DNA from: Patescibacteria group bacterium
GTDB lineage: Bacteria; Patescibacteriota; Patescibacteriia; JACQRZ01
Direction: 5' to 3'
Assembly: GCA_038065125.1 (NCBI GenBank)
Contig: JBBTRP010000006.1
Coordinates: forward strand, 172 to 64,171
DNA length: 64,000 nt
Part shown: piece by piece, positions 48,815 to 58,480 of the stretch
How positions within the stretch are numbered: the first letter of the stretch is position 1
How the letters are laid out: the number at the start of each line of letters is the position of its first letter
Made by a program: the position numbers and the translations under genes
Notes under the pieces: generated by a model
Database searches by the model: none
What the model saw: only the letters and a program-made list of their open reading frames with translations
What the model was told of the DNA's origin: nothing

Positions 48815-49750
48815 ATGGCAAAAGTTTGCGTTACCGGCGGAGCAGGGTACATCGGATCAATGCTTGTGCCAGAACTCCTTAGGCGCGGGCATGAGGTCGT
48901 CGTCGTTGATAATTTTATGTATCGACAAACATCCTTGCTTGAGTGTGTGCACGACCCCACGCTCAACCTTGTACGAGGCGACGCCCGTAACCGACAGACC
49001 ATACAACGTGCCGTGAAGGGTTGCGATGTTATCATTCCGCTTGCGTGTATTGTCGGCGCCCCTGCATGCGATAAAGACTCTCAGCTTGCGCGTTCGACAA
49101 ACCTCGATGCCATACTTCTCCTTTTGGAACTTCGCGATCAAGGCCAGCGAATTATTTTTCCGAACACTAATAGCGGGTATGGTATTGGGCAGGACGGTAT
49201 GTTTTGCACAGAGGAGAGTCCTCTCAATCCAGTTTCGCTCTATGGACAGCTAAAGGTAGAGGCGGAAAAGCGACTGCTCGAGGCGGGCAACGCCATTACA
49301 TTTCGACTTGCAACAGTATTCGGTATTAGCCCACGCATGCGGTTAGACCTTTTGGTAAATGACTTCGTCTACCGCGCGGTCTTTGATCGCTTCGTAGTCC
49401 TCTTTGAGCCTCATTTTAAGCGTAACTACATTCATGTTCGCGATGTTGTTTCTGCGTTCTTGCACGCGATTGATCATTTTGATGAGATGAAGGATACGAC
49501 CTATAATGTCGGTCTTTCTAATGCTAATTTATCAAAGCATGAACTCTGTCAGGAAATTCAAAAAATTCTTCCATCTTTTGTTTTTCAGGAGGCGTCGATC
49601 GGGGAAGACCCAGACAAACGAAACTATGTTGTCAGTAATGAAAAAATAGAAGCAACCGGCTACCGCCCACAAGTGTCGTTGCGGCAGGGAATCGAGGAGC
49701 TGGTTAAGGGGTATCAGGTCATTCCACCGCATCACTACTCCAACCGGTAG
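48815..49750 (+). CDS. NAD-dependent epimerase/dehydratase
   Basis: TGGAGYIG, LYGQLK, RLATVFG, RMRLDL; start ATG 48815. Confidence 0.85.
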   Translation: MAKVCVTGGAGYIGSMLVPELLRRGHEVVVVDNFMYRQTSLLECVHDPTLNLVRGDARNRQTIQRAVKGCDVIIPLACIVGAPACDKDSQLARSTNLDAILLLLELRDQGQRIIFPNTNSGYGIGQDGMFCTEESPLNPVSLYGQLKVEAEKRLLEAGNAITFRLATVFGISPRMRLDLLVNDFVYRAVFDRFVVLFEPHFKRNYIHVRDVVSAFLHAIDHFDEMKDTTYNVGLSNANLSKHELCQEIQKILPSFVFQEASIGEDPDKRNYVVSNEKIEATGYRPQVSLRQGIEELVKGYQVIPPHHYSNR

Positions 49751-49754
49751 TTCT

Positions 49755-50753
49755 ATGGGACGCACCTTTCAAAAAGTGCTCGTTACGGGCGCGAGTGGTT
49801 CTGGTGGAAGTTATCTCGTTGACTACATAGCAGCGAATCATCCCCATGTTGAAATTCACGGCGCTACGCGTTGGCACAGCACGACTACAGGAGCCAACCT
49901 TTCACGCTCGCGCGACAAGGTCAAACTCCACGAGTGTGATTTGTGTGATTTAAGTTCCGTCGTCCGAGTGCTCAGCGAGGTCAAGCCAGACGCGATTTTT
50001 CATCTTGCAGCATACGCAAACGTCCGAGCATCGTTTCAAACTCCGCTCACGGTCATTGAGAACAATGTGATGGGAACGGCAAACCTCCTCGAGGCTATGC
50101 GCCTAACGGGGTGTGATGCGGTACTGCAACTGGCCAGTACGTCAGAAGTGTACGGACAGGTTGACCCCAGTGACGTACCCATTAAGGAAGACTGTCCAAT
50201 CCGGCCCTCGAGCCCCTATGCAGTCTCGAAAACGACACAAGATTTGCTTGGTGGAGTGTATTTTAGAAGTTACGGTATGAAGATTGTACGTACACGGATG
50301 TTTGCGTACATCAATCCGCGAAGAGAAGATCTATTCGCGACCTCTTTTGCAAAACAAGTCGCACTTATCGAGACCGGGATGCAGACAGAACTTTTGCATG
50401 GCAACCTGGACTCGACCCGAACCCTTCTTGACGTACGTGATGCGATGGAATCTTACTGGGTTGCGACATCGCTTTGCGAGTTCGGCGAGATATACAATAT
50501 CGGCGGGGAGACCGTGATTACGGTCGGGGAGTTTTTAGAGCTCCTAAAGAAAAACTCTACCGTTACCATACAGTCGCGCGTCAATCCAGACCTTCTCAGA
50601 CCATCGGATGTGACCTTGCAAATACCCGATACATCGAAGTTTTTTAAGGCTACCGGATGGCGCCCTAAGTACTCCTTTGAGGAGAGCGTGCTTTTTCTTT
50701 TAAATTACTGGCGCGAGCGCATTCGTGCGGGTAATCTAACAAAATTGATATGA
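49755..50753 (+). CDS. GDP-mannose dehydratase/Rmd-like extended SDR
   Basis: TGASGSGG, STSEVYG, PYAVSK, HGNLDS, LRPSD. Confidence 0.82.
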   Translation: MGRTFQKVLVTGASGSGGSYLVDYIAANHPHVEIHGATRWHSTTTGANLSRSRDKVKLHECDLCDLSSVVRVLSEVKPDAIFHLAAYANVRASFQTPLTVIENNVMGTANLLEAMRLTGCDAVLQLASTSEVYGQVDPSDVPIKEDCPIRPSSPYAVSKTTQDLLGGVYFRSYGMKIVRTRMFAYINPRREDLFATSFAKQVALIETGMQTELLHGNLDSTRTLLDVRDAMESYWVATSLCEFGEIYNIGGETVITVGEFLELLKKNSTVTIQSRVNPDLLRPSDVTLQIPDTSKFFKATGWRPKYSFEESVLFLLNYWRERIRAGNLTKLI

Positions 50754-51460
50754 AAGTCAGCTTATTCATACCGACACTAAATGAGATTGAGGGCGTCAAG
50801 GCGATCATGCCGCGCGTTAAGCGCGAGTGGTTCGATGAAGTTATTATTGTGGACGGAAATTCAACGGACGGGACACGGGAGTATCTTGAATCTCTCGGGT
50901 ATAGTGTATTGTCCCAAACAGTTCCGAACCTGATGGGCGCATGGTGGCAGGGATTCCAGGCTGCAACAGGAGATGTGATTGTTCTCTTCAGTCCGGATGG
51001 AAACTCTATTCCAGAGCTCCTTCCAGCACTCATTAAAAAAATGCGGGAGGGCTATGATATGGTGACCGTTTCCCGCTATAAAGATGACGCAAAAAGCGAA
51101 GATGACGATTTACTAAGCAAGCTTGGTAACGGTTTTTTTACGGGTATGATTAATTTGCTTTTCCGTTCACATTATACCGACGTTCTTGTCATCTTTCGGG
51201 GATTCAAAAAAGAGTTACTTACGTCTTTCCATCTTACTAAAGATTCCGGAGCTCAGTTCAACCCAACGAGGTTAGGAATTTATGAGCTTTTTCTATGTAT
51301 CGGCTGCGCAAAACAGAAAAAAAGGGTTGCTGAAATTGCTGGTGATGAGTTGCACAATATTGGACGAAATGAAAGTAGGGCGTTTAAAAATAATTATGCA
51401 AAAATCGCTGCCGCGTTCACCATGCTGTACCATATTGTGAGGGAACGGATTTCTTCTTGA
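50750..51460 (+). CDS. GT2 polyprenol-phosphate glycosyltransferase-like (DPM synthase-like)
   Basis: IPTLNE, VDGNSTDGT, SPDGN, GYDMVTVSRY; 236 aa. Confidence 0.75.
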   Translation: MKVSLFIPTLNEIEGVKAIMPRVKREWFDEVIIVDGNSTDGTREYLESLGYSVLSQTVPNLMGAWWQGFQAATGDVIVLFSPDGNSIPELLPALIKKMREGYDMVTVSRYKDDAKSEDDDLLSKLGNGFFTGMINLLFRSHYTDVLVIFRGFKKELLTSFHLTKDSGAQFNPTRLGIYELFLCIGCAKQKKRVAEIAGDELHNIGRNESRAFKNNYAKIAAAFTMLYHIVRERISS

Positions 51461-51509
51461 TTCGAACCATTTTTTTTGTATTCAGATATTTTTTACTCAT
51501 GCAAATTGA

Positions 51510-52493
51510 CTAAGCAATCCTATTGCGCGGCGGTCCGCCTTCCAGTGTTCTTTTGACGTTTGTCGAAGCTTTTTTTCGCATTTCCTCCCACGACTGCTTA
51601 GAATAGTATGCGGAATGAGGAGTGATGATAATTCTGTCATGATAGGCAGATGACTCATTAGTCCACATGCGAAGAAGTTTATCAGAAAAATTCGGCGGCT
51701 CCTGCGGAAGAACATCAAAACCAACTCCTGCCAAGGTTCCGTTTTCAAGTGCGACGGCAATACTATCAAGACTTGCAATAACTTTACCTCGGGCGGTGTT
51801 AATAAGAATGGATCCATGGTTGAGTCGTGAGAGGATTTTCTCGTCGATCATACCCAGTGTCTCATCTGAGAGCGGGCAATGAATAGAAATGATAGTCGAA
51901 GAAGAAATAAGATCGCTGAGAGAATCGTATCGGACCATGTTTAGTATTTTCTCATAGCCTGGGGAGATAAAAGGGTCGTAGCAGCCGATCTGCATACCGA
52001 ATGCACTCATCCGTAGAGCTACAGCAGAGCCAATCCTGCCAGCGCCTATGATCCCAAGGCGGTGTTCGTTGAGGCGTCGTATGTCGGGTAAAGAGTTTTG
52101 GCTCCAGGCATGCGGCCCTTTTTTTGAAAAACGATCGTATTCAAGGATTTTTCTGGTTAACGTGAGTATCATCGCGCAGGCGGTATCGGCAACTTCGTGT
52201 ACACCATAGTCCGGTGTGTTGCACGTGATTATTCCCTTCGTGCTGGCATAGGTGTGGTCGATATTGTCAAATCCCACGCCATATCGCTGGATGATTTTGC
52301 ACTTTTTCAGTCTGTCGATCGTCCGAGCAGACACACGCGCGCCCCAGACAAGCAGGGCGTCTGCATCCGCAACTGCCTCTCCAAATAGAGACTCATCGCC
52401 TTTATTTAAGCATATGACCTCATACTCCTCGCCAAGGGTAGCCGTTTCAATATCGGGATTGACTACGTAGTCAGTTATCACGATTTTTTTCAT
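51510..52493 (-). CDS. D-2-hydroxyacid dehydrogenase (CtBP/SerA-like)
   Basis: RYGVGFDN, NTPDYG, GAGRIG, HCPL, NTARG, DVLPQEP, TPHSAYYS. Confidence 0.9.
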   Translation of the reverse strand: MKKIVITDYVVNPDIETATLGEEYEVICLNKGDESLFGEAVADADALLVWGARVSARTIDRLKKCKIIQRYGVGFDNIDHTYASTKGIITCNTPDYGVHEVADTACAMILTLTRKILEYDRFSKKGPHAWSQNSLPDIRRLNEHRLGIIGAGRIGSAVALRMSAFGMQIGCYDPFISPGYEKILNMVRYDSLSDLISSSTIISIHCPLSDETLGMIDEKILSRLNHGSILINTARGKVIASLDSIAVALENGTLAGVGFDVLPQEPPNFSDKLLRMWTNESSAYHDRIIITPHSAYYSKQSWEEMRKKASTNVKRTLEGGPPRNRIA

Positions 52494-53026
52494 ATCCCGC
52501 CGCCGAGAACCCGCAGGACGGCCACCATGAAAGCCGCCGTATCGCGAGGATGACGTGATGTAATTAGTGAGCCATCGATTATGGCCGGAGCATCTTCATA
52601 AAGCGCGCCGGCATTTAATAGATCTATTGCAATGGCTGGGTGACAGGTTGCTCGGCGTCCATCGAGTATTCCCGCCGAAATCAATACCTGTGGTCCATGG
52701 CAAATGGCCGCAACCATTTTCCCCTCGTCATGCAGCGTTTTAATGAGCGAGAGTGCTTGCGGAATACGTCGGACCCTGTCGGGAGCCTCAAAGCCACCGG
52801 CAATAATTACGCCATCATAATCGGCGGGTTGAAGGTAGGCAATATCTGACTGTGAGGCGTAAAACTCGACAAGACGACTTGCCGGATAGCCCAGTCGCCC
52901 TACTGCCGGCAATCCATTCGGGGTGGCAATAATCGGCTCGTACCCAGCCTCTTTCAACCGAATAATTGGATAGATAAGCTCCTCATCTTCAAAGCCATTT
53001 GCTGTAAGAAAGATGATTTTTTTCAT
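52490..53026 (-). CDS. DJ-1/PfpI family protein
   Basis: GFEDEE, AGG..PD, AAICHGP, TSRHPRD. Confidence 0.9.
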   Translation of the reverse strand: MKKIIFLTANGFEDEELIYPIIRLKEAGYEPIIATPNGLPAVGRLGYPASRLVEFYASQSDIAYLQPADYDGVIIAGGFEAPDRVRRIPQALSLIKTLHDEGKMVAAICHGPQVLISAGILDGRRATCHPAIAIDLLNAGALYEDAPAIIDGSLITSRHPRDTAAFMVAVLRVLGGGI

Positions 53027-53053
53027 AAAAGTAGCCGTATATTATTTTATGTG

Positions 53054-53135
53054 ATGCTAAATCGCTATTGAGGAAAGGTCAACTATTCGCTGGCGATAAG
53101 CGGTGATTTGACAGGATGAACGATACGGTTACAGT
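53054..53135. promoter_or_regulatory. Back-to-back sigma70 promoters
   Basis: Minus strand TTGACC(53082)-N17-TAGCAT; plus strand TTGACA(53108)-N16-TACAGT, 10 nt before ATG 53146. Confidence 0.55.
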
Positions 53136-53145
53136 ATATCAGTAT

Positions 53146-54027
53146 ATGGAAAATTTTGTCACAGGAATAAACACAGAGAACGCCACATCACAGTCGCTCG
53201 AGTGCTGGCGAAAAATGTGTGTTGCCCGGACCTTTGAACTGAATGTCAAAAAGGCTTTTGATGCCAAAGCGATTCGCTGCCCCATTTATCTTTCTCTTGG
53301 ACAGGAGTCAATCCCTGCAGCGGTCTCAACCCTCTATAAGAACCCGGCAATTTTTGCTCAACACCGCGCGCATTCGACATATCTTTCATTCGGAGGAGAT
53401 CCTGAAACACTCATTGATGAGCTGCTTCTTAAGCCAACCGGGTGTAGTGGAGGGATGGGGGGGTCAGCATCGATTCAGGACAAATCCATCTCAATGTTTG
53501 GCCATACGGGATTCATTGGAGATCAAATTCCCATATCGGTTGGTTTCGCGCTTGGAGCAGCACGTAACGTGTTAACGATATTTGGAGACGCTGCAGCAGA
53601 GGAGGATTATGCGGCATCATCAATCGGGTATGCTGCGCATAAGAAGCTTCCGATTCTTTTTGTGTGCGAGGATAATAATCTGTCCATCTTAACAGAAGTA
53701 AAGGTTCGCAGGAGCTGGAAAATTGTGGATGTCGCTCGAGCGATGGGTGTTGCAGCCGAAGACATATCGGATGATCCGTGGGAAATCATGCAGTCGGTGA
53801 GCGAGATGATCGGCCACCTCCCGGCACTTCTCAACATTCATACCATTAGACATCTATGGCATTCAGGTACCGGTATTGATGGCGCTCCCGCCTATGATCG
53901 TTTCCTTCTCACGCGTGAAAAATTATCTTCCATGGGTTTGTCATCCGAAGTGGCAGCCATAGAAGACGAAGCCGCGAAACGCATGGAGAATCTGTGGCAA
54001 ACAAAAGTGTATCAACGAGTGAGCTAA
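53146..54027 (+). CDS. TPP-dependent enzyme, E1-alpha-like subunit
   Basis: PIYLSLGQE, QHRAH, GMGGS, GDAAAEE...EDNN, RHLWH; start ATG 53146. Confidence 0.85.
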   Translation: MENFVTGINTENATSQSLECWRKMCVARTFELNVKKAFDAKAIRCPIYLSLGQESIPAAVSTLYKNPAIFAQHRAHSTYLSFGGDPETLIDELLLKPTGCSGGMGGSASIQDKSISMFGHTGFIGDQIPISVGFALGAARNVLTIFGDAAAEEDYAASSIGYAAHKKLPILFVCEDNNLSILTEVKVRRSWKIVDVARAMGVAAEDISDDPWEIMQSVSEMIGHLPALLNIHTIRHLWHSGTGIDGAPAYDRFLLTREKLSSMGLSSEVAAIEDEAAKRMENLWQTKVYQRVS

Positions 54028-54049
54028 TCAAGAAACAAGTTACGCATTC

Positions 54050-54958
54050 ATGACGGTAGCAGAAACAATCAGTGAGCTTACGAGGGAGCATCTCCAAAAG
54101 AATAATGGCCTTGCCCTGGGGCAGTGTCTCACCGCGGTAGGCTGGGTCGGTGGAACTGTGCCGCAGATGCGAGAGGAGGATGGCCTTGTCGAGCTACCGG
54201 CGACAGATGTTGCCGGAAGTGGCTTTGCGGTTGGCGTTGCACTTGCTGGTAGACGCCCGATATATATCGTTCGGTATCAGGGATTCCAGTGGTATAACGC
54301 AGTCTCTGTAGTTAATTATGCCGCTAAATCAAAGCACATTTGGGGGAGGCCGTGCCCGGTATTTGTTCGATCGATCGCTATGGACGGGGGTATAGGACCG
54401 GTAGCAAGTGGTAGCCACCATAGCATGTTCACACGCATGCCGGGTATACCCGTTGTCGCGCCGATGACTCCGAACGAGTATCGGGCAATTTGGCATCATT
54501 TTCTCTCGCACGATGACCCGATGTACGTGAGTGAGCACAGACGAAGCTTTTCGATTGACTACGAGATGCAAGACAGTATAGGAGAGGCAGATGTAACCCT
54601 ATTTGCCATTTCATCAACGAGACTCAATGCACTCCAGGCAAAAAAAATACTTGAAGAGCAGCATATTCCTTGTAACATTATTCATCTACTCTGGCTGAAG
54701 CCATTCATCGTTGAACAACGCATGCTCTCTGCACTAAACCTCTCGCGGTTTGGCGGATTGGTGATTGATGGAGATTTTGAAAACGGTGTACTTAAACATG
54801 TCGCTTATGACCTTATGCGTAGTTCAAAAGCTGAGATCGAGGTTCTCGGTCTTGAAGATCGCGTAGCGGGTTTTGCACCCGAGCTTGATAACCTTCCTCC
54901 TTCGCCTGATCGAATAGTGGCAAAGGTTATCGATATTATAAACAAGAAGCGGGCATGA
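54050..54958 (+). CDS. TPP-dependent enzyme, E1-beta/transketolase-like subunit
   Basis: VELP, GFAVGVALAGRRP, VNYAAK, MPG..V.APMTP, EHR. Confidence 0.85.
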   Translation: MTVAETISELTREHLQKNNGLALGQCLTAVGWVGGTVPQMREEDGLVELPATDVAGSGFAVGVALAGRRPIYIVRYQGFQWYNAVSVVNYAAKSKHIWGRPCPVFVRSIAMDGGIGPVASGSHHSMFTRMPGIPVVAPMTPNEYRAIWHHFLSHDDPMYVSEHRRSFSIDYEMQDSIGEADVTLFAISSTRLNALQAKKILEEQHIPCNIIHLLWLKPFIVEQRMLSALNLSRFGGLVIDGDFENGVLKHVAYDLMRSSKAEIEVLGLEDRVAGFAPELDNLPPSPDRIVAKVIDIINKKRA

Positions 54959-55704
54959 TCATTTCCATTATTCCGACCAAGGAAGACATTGAGGCGATTG
55001 CTGACCTTCCTCACGACCCGTCAATTGAGGAAGATGATCTATTTGACTACTCAAGCGTTGTTATAGACAAGCCGTGGGGGTTTGAGTATTCGATTTATAA
55101 AAATGATATGCTCGATGTATGGCTTCTGCGACTGGAGTCCAGCCAGCAGACATCACTGCACTGCCACCCGGGCAAGGATACGTCGCTTATTGCGCTCTCG
55201 GGTAGACTTTCGGTATCAACTCTTACCTCGACACACTGCATTTCATCCGGAGACACCCTACGTATTGCCCGCGGCGCATTCCACTCCACACTCTGTCTCT
55301 CAAATGGTGGTGCGCTAGTGTTGGAGTGTGAAACTCCCGCGAATAAAAAAAACCTTGTGAGGTATAACGATCGGTATGGTAGGCGCGGTAAACGGTATGA
55401 AAGTGGACATTTTGTACAACCGAGAAACGCTGCTCTCCATCCATGTTTTTACTCGTCGGCGATGGATGATATTCACCAGTTCGGCGACTGGAGATGCAAA
55501 CGTGTTGTTTTGTCTGACTCGCAAGCGAAAGACGCGATTCTTGACAGTGTTTCCGAGGGGAGCGCACTTATTTTGCAAGGAAGTATTTATTGCGGCAAGA
55601 GTCGCGATGTGAATTCGCCTGGCAGCGTTGTAATCCTCAATCAGCTCAAAGATGGGTACTCCTTGGCAGGTTCGACCTGCGACCTGCTCCTTCTCTATCG
55701 CTAA
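54955..55704 (+). CDS. Cupin-domain protein (type II PMI-like)
   Basis: DKPWGFE, TSLHCHPGKDT, FHST, RYNDRYGR. Confidence 0.7.
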   Translation: MIISIIPTKEDIEAIADLPHDPSIEEDDLFDYSSVVIDKPWGFEYSIYKNDMLDVWLLRLESSQQTSLHCHPGKDTSLIALSGRLSVSTLTSTHCISSGDTLRIARGAFHSTLCLSNGGALVLECETPANKKNLVRYNDRYGRRGKRYESGHFVQPRNAALHPCFYSSAMDDIHQFGDWRCKRVVLSDSQAKDAILDSVSEGSALILQGSIYCGKSRDVNSPGSVVILNQLKDGYSLAGSTCDLLLLYR

Positions 55705-55705
55705 T

Positions 55706-56401
55706 ATGCCTCGGCGTTACGAAAGTCGTAATTTTCAATCTATTCTCTTTGACTTTGACGGAGTGCTTGGCGACACGATGGAAGATCACTTCCGAGCATG
55801 GAGATCCGCCCTGGCCTTTGTTGGTATCATCCTCAAGCGAGAAGCTTTTTTTCCGCTTGAGGGAATGAGTGTATATGATACCGTTGAGCACTTTTGCAAA
55901 CTTTTTAACATTCCGGCCTCTCGCGCAGACGAGATATTAAACAAGAAGATCGAGCACTATCTCAAACACCACTCATTTGTATTCTTTCCTTTTGTTGAGG
56001 AGTTCATAGATTCTCTTCGGCTGAAAAACATATCCTTTGCTTTGGTGACTGCGGGTATGCGAAACCGTCTTAACGCAACCGTGCCGTTGGATTTCTTGGC
56101 GAAGTTCCCCGTTATTATTACTGGTGAGCGGGGTGTACGCATGAAACCATGTCCCGACCCATACTTGGCGGCAGCCCAAGAGCTTGGGGTCGATCCCCGT
56201 GAATCAATCGTTGTGGAAAATGCGCCACTCGGAGTGCAGGCCGCAAAAGCCGCCGGTTGTTTTTGCATAGCCCTCGAAACCAGTGTATCAAAGGAGTATC
56301 TCACTCAGGCAGATGAAACATACCCATCATTTCTCGATATGCAAAAATCTTTAGCAATCCAAAACCTTACTATTAGTACCATATGCCTACAAAAAAAATA
56401 G
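55706..56401 (+). CDS. HAD-IA phosphatase (beta-PGM-like)
   Basis: FDFDGVL, KPCPDPY, VENAPLG; start ATG 55706. Confidence 0.85.
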   Translation: MPRRYESRNFQSILFDFDGVLGDTMEDHFRAWRSALAFVGIILKREAFFPLEGMSVYDTVEHFCKLFNIPASRADEILNKKIEHYLKHHSFVFFPFVEEFIDSLRLKNISFALVTAGMRNRLNATVPLDFLAKFPVIITGERGVRMKPCPDPYLAAAQELGVDPRESIVVENAPLGVQAAKAAGCFCIALETSVSKEYLTQADETYPSFLDMQKSLAIQNLTISTICLQKK

Positions 56402-57336
56402 TTATCACGGGCGCAGACGGGTTCATAGGTCGAAACCTCTTCGACTTTTTTGCATCACATAAGGAGTATGATGTTTGGGGGACGTATCACCTCAAAAAAT
56501 CATTCGATCATCCTAATCTTATTCAGGCTGATTTGATGCGTCGTGAGGATGTATCACGCATCTGTACGGGCGCAGACATCATTGTCCACGCCGCAGCAGT
56601 TACCTCCGGGGCGAAGAATATAGTATCGCGACCCTATATTTATGTGACAGACAATACAATCATGAACACCCTCCTGTTTCAGGAGGTATATGACAGATCA
56701 ATTTCACGATTCATTTTTTTTAGTTGCTCCGTAATGTACCCGATGGATCGTACTGTTCCCGTGAAGGAAGAAGACGTCGATCTTGAGAACGGCATCCATC
56801 GAGCGTACTTCGGCGGTGCTTGGATGAAGGTGTACGCAGAAAAAATTTGTGAGTTTTATTCGCGATTAGGACGCACGTCGTTTACGGTGATTCGACATTC
56901 GAACATCTACGGCCCTCATGACACTTTTGACCAAGATAAAGCGCATGTGTTTGCCGCAACGATTCTTAAAGTGATGAACGGCAAGGACTCAATCACCGTG
57001 TGGGGAGACGGGTCGGAGCGGCGAGATCTTCTCTATATCGACGACCTCATTCGTTTCGTCGGTCTTGCTCTCGCAAAACAGAAATCTCCGTATGAGCTAG
57101 TTAATGTCGGGGTTGGCCGCGCAGTGTCAGTTGCAGAGCTCGTATCAAGAATTGTCACACATTCCGGCAAGAAACTACAGATACATTTTGATCCATCGAA
57201 ACCGACAATTCCGAGCAGGCTCGCGCTTGATTACTCAAAAGCCCGCGAGCTGTTCAATTGGGAGCCAAGCACAACACTGGATGATGGCATTAAAAAAACT
57301 CTTGACTGGTACGGTCGTCAGTCTTTGGCGACCTGA
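56383..57336 (+). CDS. Fcl-like extended SDR lacking the catalytic Tyr
   Basis: TGADGFIG, FSCSVMY, YFGGAWMK, NIYGPHD, WGDG..RRD. Confidence 0.8.
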   Translation: MPTKKIVITGADGFIGRNLFDFFASHKEYDVWGTYHLKKSFDHPNLIQADLMRREDVSRICTGADIIVHAAAVTSGAKNIVSRPYIYVTDNTIMNTLLFQEVYDRSISRFIFFSCSVMYPMDRTVPVKEEDVDLENGIHRAYFGGAWMKVYAEKICEFYSRLGRTSFTVIRHSNIYGPHDTFDQDKAHVFAATILKVMNGKDSITVWGDGSERRDLLYIDDLIRFVGLALAKQKSPYELVNVGVGRAVSVAELVSRIVTHSGKKLQIHFDPSKPTIPSRLALDYSKARELFNWEPSTTLDDGIKKTLDWYGRQSLAT

Positions 57337-58322
57337 ACCGAATCACGAAAGACATTATATTTTGTGTCAGACGCGGTACGGTGAGCAAGAAACCATTTGA
57401 CGGTTTCGCGGATTCCGTCCTCAAGCGCAACGCGGGGTGCGTAGCCGATGGATTTTGCACGCTCTATATCCATAATTCGGATTGCGTCGCCGCTCTTTTT
57501 TGAACTATCCCACACAACGTTTGGCGGCTGTGGAAATGCTGCGCAGATTGCGTCGACGAGCTGTCGAATACTCACTCCTGTTCCCGAGCCAAGGTTGATC
57601 GGACGACCATCCGCATGTTCCATTGCAAGGAGCATTCCATGCGCGACGTCTTGCGAATGGACAAAGTCACGGATTTCCGAACCGTCGCCCCAGACAGTGA
57701 GCGGGTTTTCGCCATCCGCAATTCTTCGAATGAGCGAAGGGATCACCATGGCATTAGCTGGGTCAAAATTATCAAAAGGCCCATAGGTGTTTGCCGGGCG
57801 AACGATCGCGATTTTCGTCCAGCCATATTCGATCGCGTACGCTTCTGCCTGCAACTCTCCCATGCGCTTTGCCCATCCGCCGAACCAGTCGAGCCTCGAG
57901 GGCATTGTCTTCCAAACATCATCTTCAAAAAACCGCTGAGCAGGTCCATAGACGCCGAGGGTGCTTGTGTAGAGATAACGCTTTACACCAGAGACTCGTG
58001 CAGCTTCCATCATGTTGGTGTTGAATAAGATGCCGGGCACGAAAATACTCGCGGGACGCGACAGTGTCGTGCCGGCGCCGACTTTTATTCCGGCGAGATG
58101 GAAGACGAACTCAATTCCCTCACACGCCTTTAGACAGTTCTGATACTGCATGAGGTTCAGCTTGATGCATTCGACGCCCTCGGGCATTCCCTTCTGCTCA
58201 TCAAGCGAAACGACGCGGACGCGTGCACCTAGGTCAACTAATTGAGAGACGAGCTGTCTTCCAATCATTCCAGTGCCGCCAGTTACAAGAATACTCTTGT
58301 TCAAATAGATACTTTTGTCCAT
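57318..58322 (-). CDS. Fcl-like extended SDR lacking the catalytic Tyr
   Basis: TGGTGMIG, TSTLGVY, WFGGWAK, NTYGPFDNF, WGDGSEIRD; start ATG 58322. Confidence 0.8.
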   Translation of the reverse strand: MDKSIYLNKSILVTGGTGMIGRQLVSQLVDLGARVRVVSLDEQKGMPEGVECIKLNLMQYQNCLKACEGIEFVFHLAGIKVGAGTTLSRPASIFVPGILFNTNMMEAARVSGVKRYLYTSTLGVYGPAQRFFEDDVWKTMPSRLDWFGGWAKRMGELQAEAYAIEYGWTKIAIVRPANTYGPFDNFDPANAMVIPSLIRRIADGENPLTVWGDGSEIRDFVHSQDVAHGMLLAMEHADGRPINLGSGTGVSIRQLVDAICAAFPQPPNVVWDSSKKSGDAIRIMDIERAKSIGYAPRVALEDGIRETVKWFLAHRTASDTKYNVFRDSVQVAKD

Positions 58323-58419
58323 GTGCTTACTATTTTTGTGATGTTTCACTAGTCTATCAGTCTACCTTAATCTGGACAAGGAGCCCGAGACTGTCTCCAT
58401 GATTGAGGAGTGAGTGGGG

Positions 58420-58473
58420 TTGACAAGAATAAAAAAGTTGCATATAACGTGGAAGCAAAGGTATAGAAGGAGG
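58420..58473 (+). promoter_or_regulatory. Consensus promoter and strong SD
   Basis: TTGACA(58420)-N17-TATAAC; AAGGAGG at 58467-58473, 7 nt before ATG 58481. Confidence 0.7.
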
Positions 58474-58480
58474 AACAATC

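Noticed and set aside
53146-54958. Central-metabolism pyruvate dehydrogenase E1
   Set aside because: No E2/E3 nearby, subunits are short and divergent, and the pair is embedded in a glycan locus.
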